A stretch of DNA of 64,000 bases from Planctomycetota bacterium (GCA_965223545.1 OZ245006.1:768001-832000), one strand, 5' to 3'; positions 48,499-58,495 are shown, counted from the first letter of the stretch. Translations and numbers: made by a program. The notes: generated by a model not told the origin, from the letters alone.

Positions 48499-49215
48499 AT
48501 GGGCAGGGCCTACCAGAACCGCAAGGACTCGATCGCCAAGACCTCCGACCAGAAGGCCAAGGTCTACAGCAAGTACGGCCGCGAGATCTACGTCGCCGCC
48601 AAGACCGGCGACCCGGACCCGGTCAGCAACCCGACGCTGAAGTCACTGATCGACCGCGCCAAGCGCGACCAGGTGCCGGCGCACGTGATCGAGCGCGCCA
48701 TCGAGAAGGCCCGCGGCGGCGCCGGCGAGGACTTCGCGCCAGCGCGCTACGAGGGCTACGGCCCCGGCGGCGTGATGGTGATCGTCGAGTGCCTGACCGA
48801 CAACCCGACGCGCACGTTCAACGAGGTGCGCGCCGCCTTCAACAAGGCCAAGGCCAAGCTCGGCAACGCCGGGTCGGTGAGCCACATGTTCGACCACTGC
48901 GCGATCTTCGTGTTCGCCGCCGATGGCGAAGACGAAGTGCTGGAGGCGTTGTTGGCGGCCGACGTCGACGTCACCGACGTCGAGCACACGGACGGCAAGG
49001 CGACGGTCTTCACCCCCAACACCGAGTACGGCCGCGCCAAGCAGGCGCTGACGGCCGCCTTCGCCGATCTCGAGTTCGAGCTCGACGAGATCCAGTTCGT
49101 GCCGCAGAACACCGCTGCACTGGAGGGCGAAGACGCCGCCGGCCTCGACAAGCTGATCGCCTTGCTCGAGGACTTGGACGACGTCCAACGCGTGTTCCAC
49201 AGCGCCGCCGGCTGA
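48499..49215 (+). CDS. YebC/PmpR family protein (YeeN-like)
   Basis: MGRAYQNRK, RYEGYGPGG, VECLTDNPTRT, GSVSHMFDH, LEDLDDVQRVFH. Confidence 0.96.
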   Translation: MGRAYQNRKDSIAKTSDQKAKVYSKYGREIYVAAKTGDPDPVSNPTLKSLIDRAKRDQVPAHVIERAIEKARGGAGEDFAPARYEGYGPGGVMVIVECLTDNPTRTFNEVRAAFNKAKAKLGNAGSVSHMFDHCAIFVFAADGEDEVLEALLAADVDVTDVEHTDGKATVFTPNTEYGRAKQALTAAFADLEFELDEIQFVPQNTAALEGEDAAGLDKLIALLEDLDDVQRVFHSAAG

Positions 49216-49224
49216 GCGCGTGCC

Positions 49225-51771
49225 TCACTGCGCGCGGACGTCGGCCGCCGACAGCGCGACCTCGACACGCGTGCGAAGCTCGCCCTCGCGCACCGAGAAC
49301 ACCCTGCGCGCATCTTCCGTCAGATCGCGGCGGCGTGCCCCGCGCAGCTCCCACTCGATGACGTACTCGCCCAGCCCCGGCACGCGCAGCTCGAGGTGGC
49401 CGTCCCGGCCGAGCGGGCGGCGCTGGTCCCACAGCCAAGGGTGGCGGCTCGGGTAGTAGGTCGAGCCCGCCCCCCGCAGATACAGATCGTGCCCCGCCTC
49501 CCATGGCTGGGGGTCGGGATCGGAGGCATCGTAACGGCGCACCCGCGGCATGAGCTGCTGGTCCGGCGGCGGGAAGCCTTCGGGCAAATCGACCACCAGC
49601 TCGACGAGGTGCCCCGGCTCCATGCGCACGGTCACGTCGCGCCCCACCCCGGGGACCCTGGCCGTTCGAAACCCCGGCGCGAACACCAGCAAGTCCACCG
49701 GCACTCTGGGAGTCAGGAGCTCGAGCTCGCCGAGGTCGGCCGGCAACGCGGCGCGCGGTTGCCCTGCGAGCCGCTCGGGATCGACGACGACGCTGGCGCG
49801 CTCGACCGGCGCTCCCTCGCGATCGACGACCCGGACCACGATGCGCTGCACTTCGCCACCGATCTCCTGGGCCGGCAGCTGCGTCGTCTCGCCGCCACGC
49901 ACTTCCACGCCGTCCCGGCGCACCAGCATCTCCGCGTTGCCGAGCGCGCGGACGCCGAAGTCGTACCGACCCGGCGCCAGCCCGCGCCACGTCACGACGC
50001 CGCCCTCGAACACGTAGTGGCTGACCAGCGACCGCGTCACGCCGGTCGCCTCGTTGCGGGAGACGAAGAGAACACGGTCGGCGGTCAACCCGCCGGCGAA
50101 CGTGACCGGCATCGCGACGGCGCCGACCCGGGGCACCACGTACTCGACCGCGGGGCTGCCGGCGACGAACGGCAGCAAGCCACCGTGCGTGCCGTTCCAC
50201 TCTGCGCGCAACAGAAGGTCGACAGCACGCAGGTGGCCTCTGACCTCGAAGCGCCCGTCCGCATCGCTCACCCACTCGTGATCATTGACGCCTCCGACCG
50301 GCCATGCATCGTCCTCCGGCTCGCCCTGCCAAACCGCGAGCACGGCACCGGCGACCGGCGCACGCCGGTCGTCGACGACGCGGCCAGCGGCGATCAAAGG
50401 CGGCGGCCGCAGCACGACATCGCCGAGCTCGTTGCGTCCCTCGTGCAGACTCAGGTTGGCGAGATCGAACCAGGCCTGCTGCTCGAGGTCGGGCACGGTG
50501 CGGCGGAACAGCACGCTGCGCGCCGACGGCTGCGCCCACGTCATCTCCGGAATCGGCGTGTGGAACAGACCATCGTCCCCGGTCTCGAAGTACTGGTTGT
50601 AGAAGCCCGCCGACTCCTGCACGTGCGTCGCGAACCAATAGCCCGCCTGCGGCATGCCGCGCGCGTCGACCAGCCGCCCGCTCATCGTCGGCTGCCGCGT
50701 CGCGGTGAGCGACACCTCGACCAGCTCACCCGAGACCCGCGGCCCGTCGAACTCGACCGTCCCGACCACCTCCGCCGAGGACAGCTCGAGCCGACATCGC
50801 AGGCCGAGACCGACGTGCCCGACCTCGAGCCGCGCACCGTCGAACGGCAGCCGGTGCACGCGCTCGCCCGCGTCGACCCGCTCGTGCCACCGAGCGTAGA
50901 CGCGCTCGCTGAGCCCCTCGATCGGCTGCTGCTGCGCGTCGACCAAGGTCACGCGGACGCCGCCCGTGGCCGGCAGCTGCAGGAGATACGGTTCGGGCGA
51001 TGGCGCCGTGAGGTCGACCCGCGCGTAGACCGCGTCGCCGAGCGGGGCGCCGACCATGACGACGCCGTCGTCGCCCCACTCGGGCCGGATGCTGCGCTGC
51101 GCGTGCGCAAAGGTCGCGATGCCATCGGGCGCGACGGTCTCCTGCGTGGCGTGGCCTCGAAACCGAGCGACCTCCGCACCATCGCCGAACGCGACGGGCA
51201 CGCCGATCACCGGCCGGCCGGCCGCGTCGATGACGCGCGCCCGGACCGTCAGGTCGCGCCGCAAGACGAGCTCCTGGACTTGACCCGCCGCGGCGAACGG
51301 CACGAACAACACTCCCCAGCGACCCTGTTGCCGGCCGTACAGCGTCCAGCTCAGCACGTCCTCCACGGCAGTGCGCACCTCTCCGGCGGCGTCGGCGATC
51401 AACACCCCGGCAGTCCGCGCGCGCTCCTCGCGCAATGCGTCGATGACGTAGTCGTCGACGGTCCGCTCGACGTGCACACCGACCTCGGCACCCGGCAGCG
51501 GCCCGCCCTGTTCGTCCACGACGCGGATGACGAGTGCCGGCGGCGCCGCGGCGGCTGGCAGAGGCGCGCGCGCCGGGGCCTCGCTCGGGGGGCCGGCGCG
51601 CGGGTCGTCATCGACCGGCCGGGCGTGCGCCGGTGAGACTTCTGGCGCACGCGCGCTGCTCGGCCCCCGCAAGGGCGCGTCGCTCCCGCGCCGCAACGCC
51701 AACGCGGCGGCGACGGCGGCCACGACGACGAGAGAGATGCCCAGGAGTGCACGCTGGCGGGAGGGGTTCAC
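49225..51771 (-). CDS. Membrane-anchored carboxypeptidase-regulatory-like repeat protein
   Basis: N-terminal TM; RVVDEQGGPLPGAEV, RVIDAAGRPVIGV, GRLVDARG, GRVVDDRRAPVAGA, RVVDREGAPV; start uncertain. Confidence 0.78.
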   Translation of the reverse strand: MNPSRQRALLGISLVVVAAVAAALALRRGSDAPLRGPSSARAPEVSPAHARPVDDDPRAGPPSEAPARAPLPAAAAPPALVIRVVDEQGGPLPGAEVGVHVERTVDDYVIDALREERARTAGVLIADAAGEVRTAVEDVLSWTLYGRQQGRWGVLFVPFAAAGQVQELVLRRDLTVRARVIDAAGRPVIGVPVAFGDGAEVARFRGHATQETVAPDGIATFAHAQRSIRPEWGDDGVVMVGAPLGDAVYARVDLTAPSPEPYLLQLPATGGVRVTLVDAQQQPIEGLSERVYARWHERVDAGERVHRLPFDGARLEVGHVGLGLRCRLELSSAEVVGTVEFDGPRVSGELVEVSLTATRQPTMSGRLVDARGMPQAGYWFATHVQESAGFYNQYFETGDDGLFHTPIPEMTWAQPSARSVLFRRTVPDLEQQAWFDLANLSLHEGRNELGDVVLRPPPLIAAGRVVDDRRAPVAGAVLAVWQGEPEDDAWPVGGVNDHEWVSDADGRFEVRGHLRAVDLLLRAEWNGTHGGLLPFVAGSPAVEYVVPRVGAVAMPVTFAGGLTADRVLFVSRNEATGVTRSLVSHYVFEGGVVTWRGLAPGRYDFGVRALGNAEMLVRRDGVEVRGGETTQLPAQEIGGEVQRIVVRVVDREGAPVERASVVVDPERLAGQPRAALPADLGELELLTPRVPVDLLVFAPGFRTARVPGVGRDVTVRMEPGHLVELVVDLPEGFPPPDQQLMPRVRRYDASDPDPQPWEAGHDLYLRGAGSTYYPSRHPWLWDQRRPLGRDGHLELRVPGLGEYVIEWELRGARRRDLTEDARRVFSVREGELRTRVEVALSAADVRAQ

Positions 51772-51929
51772 CGGATCGGGGACAGCATCAGTGGAGCCAA
51801 GGGGCGTGATCACCGACTCGCGGGGCCGAGCGGAGCGCGCAGCGGGATCGCCGTAACGCTTCTCGGCGCGCGCACGACCCCACTGGTAGAGAGCCACGCC
51901 TCTGCGCCAACGTCATTCGACTTCTTGCC

Positions 51930-53807
51930 ATGAACGACATTTTTCGCCTCACGCTTCTGTCCGCACTCGGCCTCGCCACCACTCTATCCGCGCAGGTCTA
52001 CCGCGGTGACGGAGTCAGCTCGACGTGCAGCCTGACCGACGCCGCGATGCCGTCCTCGGCCTGTCCCCGCTTCCTGTCTCCCGTACACGCCACCGTACTG
52101 CCCGACGGGAATCTGCTGCTGATCGGCTTGCGCCGCAAGGCCGAGGAGGAATGCGTCAGCAGCTCGCTCTGCGGGCACTGGTCGTGCGGCGGCTGGCAGG
52201 GAGTGCTGAGCCCCGACTTGTCGGCCCTCAACCCGCCCCACCACATACAGCTGAACGTCGACGCGCCGCCGCTGGACTACCCGCCGACGTGGTTGCCGTG
52301 CGACACCAATCCGCCGCCGACCTGCCATACGCCCGATCTCTGGGTGACAGACAGCCTGTTCTGCGGCGGCCACACGCTGCTGGCCGACGGGCGGGTCTAC
52401 GTCACCGGTGGCACGCGCACGGTCGTCGAGAGCGATCCGACCAAGAACTCCTACATCGGGCTGCCCTACGCCATGACGTACGACGCGAGCGCCGGCTGGA
52501 GCAACCCACTCGCACTGGTCGGAATCGGCGGCTGGGACACCGCGTTCTGCCCGCTGACGTGTGGTCCGTCGATCCGCTACATCGAAGGGCCGGAGCGCTG
52601 GTACCCCACCGCGACGCGCATGGCCGATGGCCGGGTCTTGGTGACCGGCGTCACCCAGGTCGTCTGGCACCGGGGCACGCGCTACCTCGGCGCCCCTCCG
52701 GGCCCCTGCGGGTCGTCGCGCAACTTGAGTCTCGAGCTGTACGACCCGGCGACCCCCGCAACGCCCCACACGCTGGTCTCGGCGCACAGCACGACCCCCG
52801 CCGACATCTTCGCGAAGGAGTACGTCCACGTCTTCCGGCTGCCGTATCCGGTGAGTCGCGGCGGGCGCGTGTACGAGCTGTTGATGTTCGGCGACGCCGG
52901 CGAACCGATCTTCCTGGACGACACGGGAGCCTATCCGGTCAGCGCGAGCGAGTGGTTGGACACTGACGATCAGCGCCCGCCGACACCCGCCGACGCCCCC
53001 AATCACGGTGCGTCGTCGGTGATGCTCCCGCTGTTTGCCCCGCATCCGCCGACCTACCAGCCCGGTTCGGTGCTGATCGCTGGGGGCGAGGACGGAACAA
53101 CACAGCACGGCCTGATCTCGGTGTACGACCCCACGCTCACGACCGGCGCGTGGATCGTGAGCTCGCCGCTCTCCAACGGTGGACTCCACCACCCCTCGAC
53201 CGTGGTTCTGCCAACCGGCGAAGTCCTGATCATCGGCGGCCACGATCAGACGTACTCCAACGGCCTGTACGCCGAGTTCGTCGACCCGCGCAACAACTTC
53301 GCGCAGTCGGTCGGGACCAGCATGCTGCCGACGATCCGCGGCTACCACACCGCGACCGTACTGCTTCCCGACGGACGCGTGTTCATTGGCGGCGGCAACG
53401 GCAACAAGCCCGGCGTCTGCCGCAGCTACGAGAAGGCCAACTTCAACTACTACTTTCCGCCGTACTGGTCCGACTCGACTCCTCTGCACATCGTGAGCGC
53501 GACGCCGACCGTGCACCACGGCGGCGACCTGATGGTCACGGTGACGACGACGAGACCGGCACCGCAGCTCGAGTTCGCCCTCGTCTCGCCGGGCTCGATG
53601 ACCCATTCGTTCGACATGAACCAGCGCTACATCCAGCTGCAGCCTCAGGCGGTGACCGGCTCGGGGGGGAGTTTCGCCGTACAGCTCGAGGCACCGGCAA
53701 ACGGCGACATCGCGCCCCCCGGTCACTACATGCTCTTCGCGATCGATCAGTCCGTCGTGCCGGAGCCCGACGTCTGCGCGCTCGCGGCGATCGTCCGGAT
53801 CCAGTGA
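51930..53807 (+). CDS. Secreted galactose/glyoxal oxidase-like copper radical oxidase (AA5-like, DUF1929-type C-terminus)
   Basis: Signal peptide; LFCGGH..LADGR, RWYPT, RGYHTATVLLPDGRV, GSMTHSFDMNQR, APPGHYMLF. Confidence 0.9.
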   Translation: MNDIFRLTLLSALGLATTLSAQVYRGDGVSSTCSLTDAAMPSSACPRFLSPVHATVLPDGNLLLIGLRRKAEEECVSSSLCGHWSCGGWQGVLSPDLSALNPPHHIQLNVDAPPLDYPPTWLPCDTNPPPTCHTPDLWVTDSLFCGGHTLLADGRVYVTGGTRTVVESDPTKNSYIGLPYAMTYDASAGWSNPLALVGIGGWDTAFCPLTCGPSIRYIEGPERWYPTATRMADGRVLVTGVTQVVWHRGTRYLGAPPGPCGSSRNLSLELYDPATPATPHTLVSAHSTTPADIFAKEYVHVFRLPYPVSRGGRVYELLMFGDAGEPIFLDDTGAYPVSASEWLDTDDQRPPTPADAPNHGASSVMLPLFAPHPPTYQPGSVLIAGGEDGTTQHGLISVYDPTLTTGAWIVSSPLSNGGLHHPSTVVLPTGEVLIIGGHDQTYSNGLYAEFVDPRNNFAQSVGTSMLPTIRGYHTATVLLPDGRVFIGGGNGNKPGVCRSYEKANFNYYFPPYWSDSTPLHIVSATPTVHHGGDLMVTVTTTRPAPQLEFALVSPGSMTHSFDMNQRYIQLQPQAVTGSGGSFAVQLEAPANGDIAPPGHYMLFAIDQSVVPEPDVCALAAIVRIQ

Positions 53808-53859
53808 GTCGCAGCTGGAACGCCACGGGGCGGGCGGCGGCTCCGACCCGCGCCACCCC

Positions 53860-56070
53860 CTACGGTGACTCGTACGTGATCGCGAGCGCCGGCCGCATCC
53901 AGGACTCCGACGCCTCGCGCGTGTAGAAGGCGCGGTCGGTGAAGGTCGAGAACTCGTCGCCGCGGACGAGCCAACCGAAGTTGGTCATCGGGTCGTCGAG
54001 CCAACCCTGCACGTCGGCAACCAGCTGCGACGTCGAGGTCCACACCGGCAGCGTGCCGGGTTGGTGAACGCTCGCCACCGCCGACGCCATCGAAACGAAG
54101 TCGCCACCGGGGGCGGCCCACGGCTGCTCGGGCCAGAAGGCCTGCGCCCAGGTCGCGTCCCCCCGGGCCGGCGACACCCCGGTACTCTGCGAGCCGGAGG
54201 CGACCGAGCCGGCTTCCCCCCAATCGCGGAGCACGCGGTGCAGCCCGGTAAGGCGCGACCCGAAGCCGGCCTGCGCCACGGTCAACCGCAACTGGACGTG
54301 GACGATCGTCGACCCGGCCGGCACCGCGCCGGCCACGTCGAATGCCATCAGTGCACGCCTGCGCCGCCCGATCACATCCGAACCCGAAAAGCACAGAGTG
54401 CCGGCGCCGTTGCTGCGCGGCCCCGTGGGCTCTTGGTAGAGCGTGTTGTCCTTGACCGGCTCGAGCTGGACGGTGACCTGCGACCCGCCCACTCCGCTAC
54501 CGGGAGTGACCCCGCGCAGGCCGTTGCTCGCCGCCACTCCACGGATCGCGGCCGCGTCGGGATACCAGTGCTGGAACCAGAATCCGGTTCCCGCGCCGAC
54601 TCCGCACGGCCACGTGAACGTCAAGTCGACGTGCCCGCCGAACCCGATCGGCAAGCCCGGCACGACGAGGTCGGGAGAGGGCACCAACGTTCCACCGAGC
54701 AACGGCAGCTGCACGGAGCTGGAGCCCATCACCAACGTGCTCAACGCGCCTTGCCGGGCGTTCCGCAGTGAGAGCACGACATCGTTGCCGCAGGTCATCG
54801 TGCCGAGACCGCGCAGCGTCGCATTGCCGTTCACGCCGGGGATCCCGCCACCGACGTCCGTCCAGGGGCCGGGCGTGCGGAACGCGCGCACGCTGTCGGC
54901 GTCGGCGACGACCAGCGTGCCATCCGCGGCGAGCGCCGGACCACCGATGTTTCCCGACCTCATCGGATGCGTCCACCGCAGCGTCAGATCGGGTTCGAAC
55001 GAGTAGAGCTGCGCCGTCGGGAACGCGGCGTCGTTGACGAACACTCTCCCGTCCGCGTCGACGGCAAAGCGCGTCTGGCTGTAGCCGAGCGGTTGGAGGT
55101 GGATCGCGCGCATGGCGCCGGTGTCCCCGTCCAACGCAGTGAGCAAGTCGCCATCCTGCAGCATGTACACCCAGCCGTTGGGACCGACGGCGAACTCGGC
55201 GAACGGCGCGTATGCGCACGGGTGCTGCCACTTGTTGAGGAATCGGCTGCCGGTGTCAGCGAAGGCATAGAGGACGCTGAACTCCGAGGGAACCCAACCG
55301 CGATGGAAGTACACGGTCCCGTCAGGACCGACCATCAGCGTGTTCTGCGCCGAGCCCCCGAGCATCGGCGGCGACTGGTACTGGAACGCGCCGGTCGCCA
55401 GGTCGTGGCGCCGGATCACGTTTGAGGCACCGACGTAGACGGCGTTGCCGAATACCGCCGCACCGCAGGATCCGCTGGAACACCCGAATCGCGACGCCGA
55501 CCACCTCGTGGTGCCGTCCTCCCAACGGACGCGCCGCAGCGCCGCGCTGCCGCTGACGATCAGGTCGCCGTCCGGCGCGAACACGACGCCGTCGTACGCG
55601 TTGGCGTTGATCTGCTCTTGAGACGTCCAGCGGACCGCGCCGGTCGACTGATCGAGCGCGTAGATCGCCGCGAAGCCGGCGCTGCCGTTGCCGGACCGCG
55701 ATGCGTAGACCAAGCCGTTGCTCGTGCCGAGCAGCCAAGTGGTCCACTCGCCGGGGTTGAACGGGAGGTCGACGCGCCACAACTGCGCGCCGGTCTGCAG
55801 GTCGTAGCAGAAGATCGGCGAGTCGTTCGGCTCGGTGCACGGCAGAAAGCAGTCCTGCCGCACGATGAAGACCCGTTGGCCGTCGATGAACGGCGTCCAA
55901 CCGATGCGCGAAATTTCCGGGACCGCCCAGGCTTTACGTGCCGACAACGGGCCGTAGGCAGCGGACTGCGCGTTGCGCTGAGGGTTGCCACTCGTGCTCG
56001 GCCAGCCCTGCGGGTTGCAGGGTGCGGCCAGGACCAGAGCGGCGAGCAGGAGAGTGCGGTGGTGCAGCAT
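53860..56070 (-). CDS. Secreted PQQ-like beta-propeller protein with a C-terminal DNRLRE-like domain
   Basis: Signal peptide; W...GNPQRN, DLQTGAQLW, ALDQSTGAVRW, PALAADGT repeats; KDNTLYQ...RRALMAFD...LVADVQGWLD...NFGW...RPALAITY. Confidence 0.82.
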   Translation of the reverse strand: MLHHRTLLLAALVLAAPCNPQGWPSTSGNPQRNAQSAAYGPLSARKAWAVPEISRIGWTPFIDGQRVFIVRQDCFLPCTEPNDSPIFCYDLQTGAQLWRVDLPFNPGEWTTWLLGTSNGLVYASRSGNGSAGFAAIYALDQSTGAVRWTSQEQINANAYDGVVFAPDGDLIVSGSAALRRVRWEDGTTRWSASRFGCSSGSCGAAVFGNAVYVGASNVIRRHDLATGAFQYQSPPMLGGSAQNTLMVGPDGTVYFHRGWVPSEFSVLYAFADTGSRFLNKWQHPCAYAPFAEFAVGPNGWVYMLQDGDLLTALDGDTGAMRAIHLQPLGYSQTRFAVDADGRVFVNDAAFPTAQLYSFEPDLTLRWTHPMRSGNIGGPALAADGTLVVADADSVRAFRTPGPWTDVGGGIPGVNGNATLRGLGTMTCGNDVVLSLRNARQGALSTLVMGSSSVQLPLLGGTLVPSPDLVVPGLPIGFGGHVDLTFTWPCGVGAGTGFWFQHWYPDAAAIRGVAASNGLRGVTPGSGVGGSQVTVQLEPVKDNTLYQEPTGPRSNGAGTLCFSGSDVIGRRRRALMAFDVAGAVPAGSTIVHVQLRLTVAQAGFGSRLTGLHRVLRDWGEAGSVASGSQSTGVSPARGDATWAQAFWPEQPWAAPGGDFVSMASAVASVHQPGTLPVWTSTSQLVADVQGWLDDPMTNFGWLVRGDEFSTFTDRAFYTREASESWMRPALAITYESP

Positions 56071-56292
56071 GGGACCGTCTCCGAGCCAGTCGGCGAGCGA
56101 AGCAACGCGATCCCCGCAGTTGGGCTGCTCGAGCGCGGCCACCGCGGGCTCGCTTCCGTCATGATAGCGACCTGCGCCGGGCCGGGCCGGGCCGGTGCCC
56201 CTGTCCGCTTGCCGGCCGCTGCCACGCTCGGACGGCGCGTGATCGACGCCCGGGTTGCCGCCAGAAACGCACCACTCCGAGTCGATCGTGAG

Positions 56293-56458
56293 CTAGTGGT
56301 GTGAATCAGACAGGTGGGGCATTATCCGAGAGGCAGCCGTGGTCGTCGCAAGGCGCTGCGCCGCAGGCATATCGGTGGATACGTCGAGGACGCAGCAACG
56401 CCGCGACGGCCGCGGATGGCCTCGGAGAATGCTGCAGATTTCTGATTCACACCACTAG
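56293..56458. mobile_element. MITE-like element, 166 bp, with 18-bp perfect terminal inverted repeats
   Basis: CTAGTGGTGTGAATCAGA (56293-56310) and TCTGATTCACACCACTAG (56441-56458); interior also self-complementary; too short for a transposase. Confidence 0.8.
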
Positions 56459-56506
56459 AGTCCCCGCTTCACCGCCAGTGCTGGTCGCACTCGCCGCGAC
56501 GATCGA

Positions 56507-58459
56507 ATGCAGAGCTTCATCACCTTCTCGAGCCTGGTGGTCGCCGGCTCCCTGGCCCTGTTGGCCCTCGTGCCCAAGTTGAGTGGCGGCAGTGGGTTCG
56601 GCGTGCAGCACCTCGCGATACTGGCGCTCGGCGCTGCCGTGGCCTACCGCGGAATCTCCGCCAGCCCCGCGTTGTCCAGTCGGCTGCCCCGCGATCCCTC
56701 CGGTCCGCGTTTGCACGCGCTGCAGACCGTCGGGTTGTGTGCGTGGTTCGGTCTCGTGTTCGGCGTCCTCGAGTGGATCCATCTCGAAGTGCGGCACCAC
56801 GGGTTCGGCATCGTCCCCCAGCAACCCGCGGACGTGGTGTGGATGCTGCCGCTGTCGTACACCGTCGTCTTCGGTGGGCTCGGCCTGGGGCTCGCGGCGG
56901 CGCAGAGGTGGGGGTTCGCGCCCGCCTCGGCGGTGACCGTCACGGCGGCGTGCGTCGTGCTCGGCTCGTGGGCACAGCTGCTGTACTACCCGCTACTCGA
57001 TCCGCGCATCAGCCTGCTGCTGGCCGTTGGCATCGGTTGGCGCTGGGCGAGCTCGACCGCCGGTCGGCCATCGCTGTCGCTCCCACGGCGCAGTTGGATC
57101 ATCCTCGTCATCGGCGTCGCGGCGGCGGGCATCGGCATGCCGCTGGTGCGGCAAGCCGCCGAGCGGAGCTCGGTCGCGGCGCTGCCGGCACCGCCCCAAG
57201 GAGCCCCCAACGTGCTGTTGATCGTGCTCGATACCGTGCGCGCCGACCACTGCTCGCTGTACGGCTACTCGCGGCCCACGACGCCGACGATCGACGCCTT
57301 GGCCGACAGGGGCGTGGTGTTCGACTGGGCGATCGCCGCCGCACCGTGGACGCTGCCGTCGCACTCGTCGATGTTCACCGGCCGCTACTGCAACCAGCTG
57401 ACGGCGACTTGGCTGATTCCGCTCGACTCGCAGCATCCTACGCTGGCCGAGACCCTCGCCGGTCGGGGCTACGCGACCGGAGGCTTCGTCGGCAACATCG
57501 CCTACTGCGACCGCGACTGGGGAGTGGCACGGGGGTTCTCGCACTACGAGGACTACTACGTCCGCCCCGAAGTGATCGCCTTTTCGTCGAGCCTGGGCCA
57601 GAGCGTGCTCGGCGGAAGCCCGCGGCATCGCTTCCCCTTCGTGATACGCAACAACGCGGCGACCGTGACCCGCCGCGCACTGCGTTGGCTCGACGAGGTC
57701 GGGGACCGGCCGTTCTTCGCGTTCCTCAACTACTACGACGCGCACTACATCTACGACCCCGAGCCGCCGTACGATGCGATGTTTGCGGACGGGGACACGA
57801 CTCCGATCCTGCGGCCGCGCGGCCGCGTCACCACTGACGAAGAGATGCGCCGCTTCGTCGACGCGTACGACGGCTGCTTGGCCTACATCGACCAGCACAT
57901 CAGCGTCCTGATGGAGGGGTTGCGCAGCCGCGACCTGCTGCAGAACACGCTGATCGTCATCACTTCGGATCACGGCGAGCACTTTGGCGAGCATGGCTTG
58001 ATCGGGCACTCCAACGGAGTGCACCGGCCTCTCCTGCGCGTGCCACTCGTCATCGTGCCGCCGGGTGGGCTGGATCGCGGACAGCGCATTGCACAACCGG
58101 TGTCGCTGCGCGATCTCGCCGCGACGATTCTCGCACAAGTCGACGCTCCCGCGGCACTGCCGGGACACACCCTGCTGCCGGCGCCGGGCTCTGCCGACGA
58201 GACCCTCGCCGCATCTTCGGCCGCATTCTCGTCGGTGCGCGAGCGCCCGAACGCGCCCGGTACCGCGGGGGGGGCGTTCTCGCTGTTCGCGCGCGGTTTC
58301 CAGCTGATTCTCAGCGGCCCGGAGGACCGGCGGAGACTGCGCTTGTACGACACCTCGGAAGATGTCGCCGAGGAGCGCAACCTCGCCGGCACGGAAGAGG
58401 GCAAGGCCACGGCAGCGGAGCTGCTGCCGCAGCTCGAGAGCCACCTTCAGCGGCAGTAG
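56507..58459 (+). CDS. Membrane-anchored sulfatase-like (alkaline phosphatase superfamily) protein
   Basis: About seven TMs, then PNVLLIVLDTVRADH, APWTLPSHSSMFTG, TLAETL...GYAT, PFFAFLNYYDAH, ITSDHGE, LRVPLVI. Confidence 0.9.
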   Translation: MQSFITFSSLVVAGSLALLALVPKLSGGSGFGVQHLAILALGAAVAYRGISASPALSSRLPRDPSGPRLHALQTVGLCAWFGLVFGVLEWIHLEVRHHGFGIVPQQPADVVWMLPLSYTVVFGGLGLGLAAAQRWGFAPASAVTVTAACVVLGSWAQLLYYPLLDPRISLLLAVGIGWRWASSTAGRPSLSLPRRSWIILVIGVAAAGIGMPLVRQAAERSSVAALPAPPQGAPNVLLIVLDTVRADHCSLYGYSRPTTPTIDALADRGVVFDWAIAAAPWTLPSHSSMFTGRYCNQLTATWLIPLDSQHPTLAETLAGRGYATGGFVGNIAYCDRDWGVARGFSHYEDYYVRPEVIAFSSSLGQSVLGGSPRHRFPFVIRNNAATVTRRALRWLDEVGDRPFFAFLNYYDAHYIYDPEPPYDAMFADGDTTPILRPRGRVTTDEEMRRFVDAYDGCLAYIDQHISVLMEGLRSRDLLQNTLIVITSDHGEHFGEHGLIGHSNGVHRPLLRVPLVIVPPGGLDRGQRIAQPVSLRDLAATILAQVDAPAALPGHTLLPAPGSADETLAASSAAFSSVRERPNAPGTAGGAFSLFARGFQLILSGPEDRRRLRLYDTSEDVAEERNLAGTEEGKATAAELLPQLESHLQRQ

Positions 58460-58463
58460 CGAA

Positions 58464-58495
58464 GCGAGAAAATCGAGCCTGACACCGTACGTCAG
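58464..58495. repeat. Single unit of the 1806-1936 repeat family
   Basis: GCGAGAAAATCGAGCCTGACACCGTACGTCAG matches 1907-1938 at 30 of 32 positions. Confidence 0.85.

Noticed and set aside
48499..49215. Possible displaced member of a yebC-ruvCAB operon
   Set aside because: It is the MGRAY (YeeN-like) subtype and lies 48 kb from ruvB; no evidence of rearrangement
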